Source: an uncultured Chloroflexia bacterium (GTDB taxonomy: Bacteria > Chloroflexota > Dehalococcoidia > UBA2979). Taken from it: a stretch of DNA of 64,000 nucleotides. Numbering within the stretch: position 1 is the first letter of the stretch; each line of letters begins with the position of its first letter. The notes below the pieces were generated by a model that saw only the letters and a list, made by a program, of their open reading frames with translations, ran no database searches and was not told the origin of the DNA. Position numbers and translations under genes: made by a program. The DNA lies in the NCBI GenBank assembly GCA_963728205.1, contig CAVSIV010000006.1, forward strand, positions 448,001-512,000. Reading direction: 5' to 3'. Below, piece by piece: positions 62,112 to 64,000 of this stretch.

Positions 62112-62326
62112 TTGCGGGGGCCGAACGGCGGCTGTCGCCGCCGGCGATATCGGCGGCGTGTCTGCCGCCGCTTGCGGGGGCCGAACGGCGGCTGGCGCCG
62201 CCGGCGATATCGGCGGCGTGTCTGCCGCCGCTTGCGGGGGCCGAACGGCGGCTGGCGCCGCCGGCGATATCGGCGGCGTGTCTGCCGCCGCTTGCGGGGG
62301 CGGAGCGGCGGCTGGCGCCGCTTGCG
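62112..62326 (-). repeat. Tandem array of three 60-bp REP-containing units plus a partial unit, upstream of RAYT
   Basis: Unit GGGGGCCGAACGGCGGCTGKCGCCGCCGGCGATATCGGCGGCGTGTCTGCCGCCGCTTGC. Confidence 0.9.
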
Positions 62327-62417
62327 CGGGGGGAGGGGGCAGGCGGGAGCCGCCATCGACGTCGAGGGAGCGCGGGTGGCGCGAGCCCGCGCGATTGCCG
62401 GACCCTACACTCACGCC

Positions 62418-63380
62418 ATGTCCGCTCACGCGTCGCCGCCGCTGCACGGAGTCGCCGGCCTCGTCGGCCGTACGCCGCTCGTCGCGCTTGCGCGGCTGGC
62501 CCCGGAGCTGGACGTCCATCTCTTCGCCAAGCTCGAGCAGGGCAACCCGACGGGCAGCGTGAAGGATCGCATCGTGCTGCGCATGTTCGAGCGCGCGCGG
62601 GCCTCCGGCGCGCTCGCGCCCGGGCAGACCGTGGTCGAGGCGTCGACCGGCAACACCGGACTCGCGACCGCGATGTTCGGGCGGCTGCTCGGCCACCCCG
62701 TCGAGATCTGCGTGCCGGAGAGCGTCTACCCCGAGATCGGCTCGCTGCTCGCCGGGTACGGCGCGCGCATCCGCTGGGTGCCGCGGCAGGCCGGCATCAA
62801 GACGGCCATCGCGGCCGCCGAGCACGTGGCCCGCGAGGAGGGCGCGTTCTTCCTCAACCAGTTCGGCAACGAGGAGAACGTGCGCGCGCACTACGAGGAG
62901 ACCGCCCGGGAGATCCTCGAAGCGCTGCCGGCGGTGGACGCGTTCGTCGCGGGCGTCGGCACGGGCGGGACGGTCACCGGCGTCGGCCGGCGCCTGAAGG
63001 AGGCGAACCCCGACTGCAAGATCGTCGGCGTCGAGCCGCGCCTGGGCGTGCACGTGCAGGGACTGACGTCGATGGACGAGGGCTACATCCCGCCGCTGCT
63101 GGACGAGTCGCTGCTCGACGCGAAGCTGCTCGTCGGCAACCGCCACGCGGTGGCGCAGGCGCGGCGCATCCTCATGGCCGAGGGGCTGTTCGTCGGCATC
63201 AGCAGCGGCGCGGTGACGCACGCGGCGCTGCGGGTGGCGTCGCGCCTGGGCTCCGGCAACGTCGTGATGATGTTCGCCGACGGCGGGTCGAAGTACCTGA
63301 GCACCGAGCTGTGGAGCGCGGCCGACCCCGACGCCGACCACCTCCCGGAGGACCCCCTGGACGACGTGCTGTGGTGGTGA
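62418..63380 (+). CDS. PLP-dependent cysteine synthase family protein
   Basis: AKLEQGNPTGSVKDR, EASTGNTG, NQFGN, GVGTGGT, EGLFVGISSGA, DGGSKYLST. Confidence 0.9.
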   Translation: MSAHASPPLHGVAGLVGRTPLVALARLAPELDVHLFAKLEQGNPTGSVKDRIVLRMFERARASGALAPGQTVVEASTGNTGLATAMFGRLLGHPVEICVPESVYPEIGSLLAGYGARIRWVPRQAGIKTAIAAAEHVAREEGAFFLNQFGNEENVRAHYEETAREILEALPAVDAFVAGVGTGGTVTGVGRRLKEANPDCKIVGVEPRLGVHVQGLTSMDEGYIPPLLDESLLDAKLLVGNRHAVAQARRILMAEGLFVGISSGAVTHAALRVASRLGSGNVVMMFADGGSKYLSTELWSAADPDADHLPEDPLDDVLWW

Positions 63381-63447
63381 TGCTGCTCGCCGCGCGGCGG
63401 GCGTCGGGCCCGCCGCATGCGGTGCCGCGCGGGTGCACGGCAGTCAC

Positions 63448-63539
63448 CACAGCGGCGGCAGACATGCCGCCGACGGGACGCGGATGCAGTCCGCGGCTGG
63501 CGCCGCGCTGCTGTCGGCGGCATGTCTGTCGCCGCTGTG
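63448..63539. repeat. REPIN doublet (family A)
   Basis: Same arms and nearly the same spacer as 6689-6782. Confidence 0.9.
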
Positions 63540-63606
63540 ACGCTCCGCCGGGGCCTGCCCGTCGACAGGCTCAGGGCCGGCTCTGCCGCGCGCCGGGGAA
63601 CGCGTG

Positions 63607-64000
63607 ATGGCCGACCTCGTCGCGCCCGGCTGCTGGTGGCTGCACGCCACGTCCGGCAGCAACGTCTACCTGCTCGAGGTCGATGGCGGCGACCTCGTCC
63701 TCGTCGACACCGGCTTCGGGTCGAGCGCGCCCGGCATCATCGACGAGCTCGCCGCCCTGGTCCCCGGCCGCGCGCCGTCGCTGATCCTGCTGACGCACCA
63801 CCACGTCGACCACGCCGGGGCCGCCGCCGCGCTGCGGGACCACTACGGCTGCCCGGTCGTCGCCGGCGCCGCCGACTGCGCGCCGCGGCCCGACGGCGTC
63901 TTCGAGCTGCGCGAGCCGGTCGGCCGCTCGCACCTGCTGCGGCGCGTCCGGCGCCTCGCGGGCCGCCGCGCGGCGCCGCGGCTCATCGTCGACCGCGCGC
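63607..64000 (+). CDS. MBL-fold metallo-hydrolase (3' partial)
   Basis: NVYLL...LVDTG...LTHHHVDHAG (HxHxDH). Confidence 0.85.
   Translation, partial: MADLVAPGCWWLHATSGSNVYLLEVDGGDLVLVDTGFGSSAPGIIDELAALVPGRAPSLILLTHHHVDHAGAAAALRDHYGCPVVAGAADCAPRPDGVFELREPVGRSHLLRRVRRLAGRRAAPRLIVDRA

Noticed and set aside
62112-62326. 60-bp periodic array as a CRISPR array
   Set aside because: The units are almost identical with no unique spacers, there are no cas genes, and the REP/RAYT context explains them.
61472-62356. 294-aa RAYT with a repetitive N-terminal extension
   Set aside because: The extension is a translation of the REP tandem array. The probable start is GTG at 62032.
1-64000. tRNA or rRNA genes
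   Set aside because: No cloverleaf or rRNA signatures were recognised.

Overview
This is a very GC-rich bacterial window. Gene content suggests Chloroflexota, class Dehalococcoidia (inference). Many genes carry single-base frameshifts, and most look like long-read errors. From 1 to 24 kb it is an accessory island of secreted or lipoprotein beta-propeller, SH3, PQQ and TIMP-like genes and fragments, interleaved with five toxin-antitoxin modules (2x VapBC, a convergent HicB/HicA pair, DUF433 with a decayed partner, Xre-RES). From 24 to 64 kb it holds mostly catabolic and housekeeping genes. Main findings: (1) a three-gene operon at 31.3-36.2 kb encoding a membrane-anchored polymorphic-toxin-like protein of about 1186 aa (PT-TG-like motif, then an anthrax EF/CyaA/ExoY-type nucleotidyl cyclase domain), translationally coupled to a candidate immunity gene; (2) a RAYT HUH transposase flanked by a perfect 50-bp inverted repeat, whose REP hairpin (NNAG-CGGCGGCA-N4-TGCCGCCG) is dispersed across the window as REPIN doublets; (3) a probable rhodanese-CBS selenoprotein with an in-frame UGA; (4) a ~75-aa WGGG...GAPxFVNAxF module shared by two unrelated secreted proteins; (5) many apparently leaderless genes.
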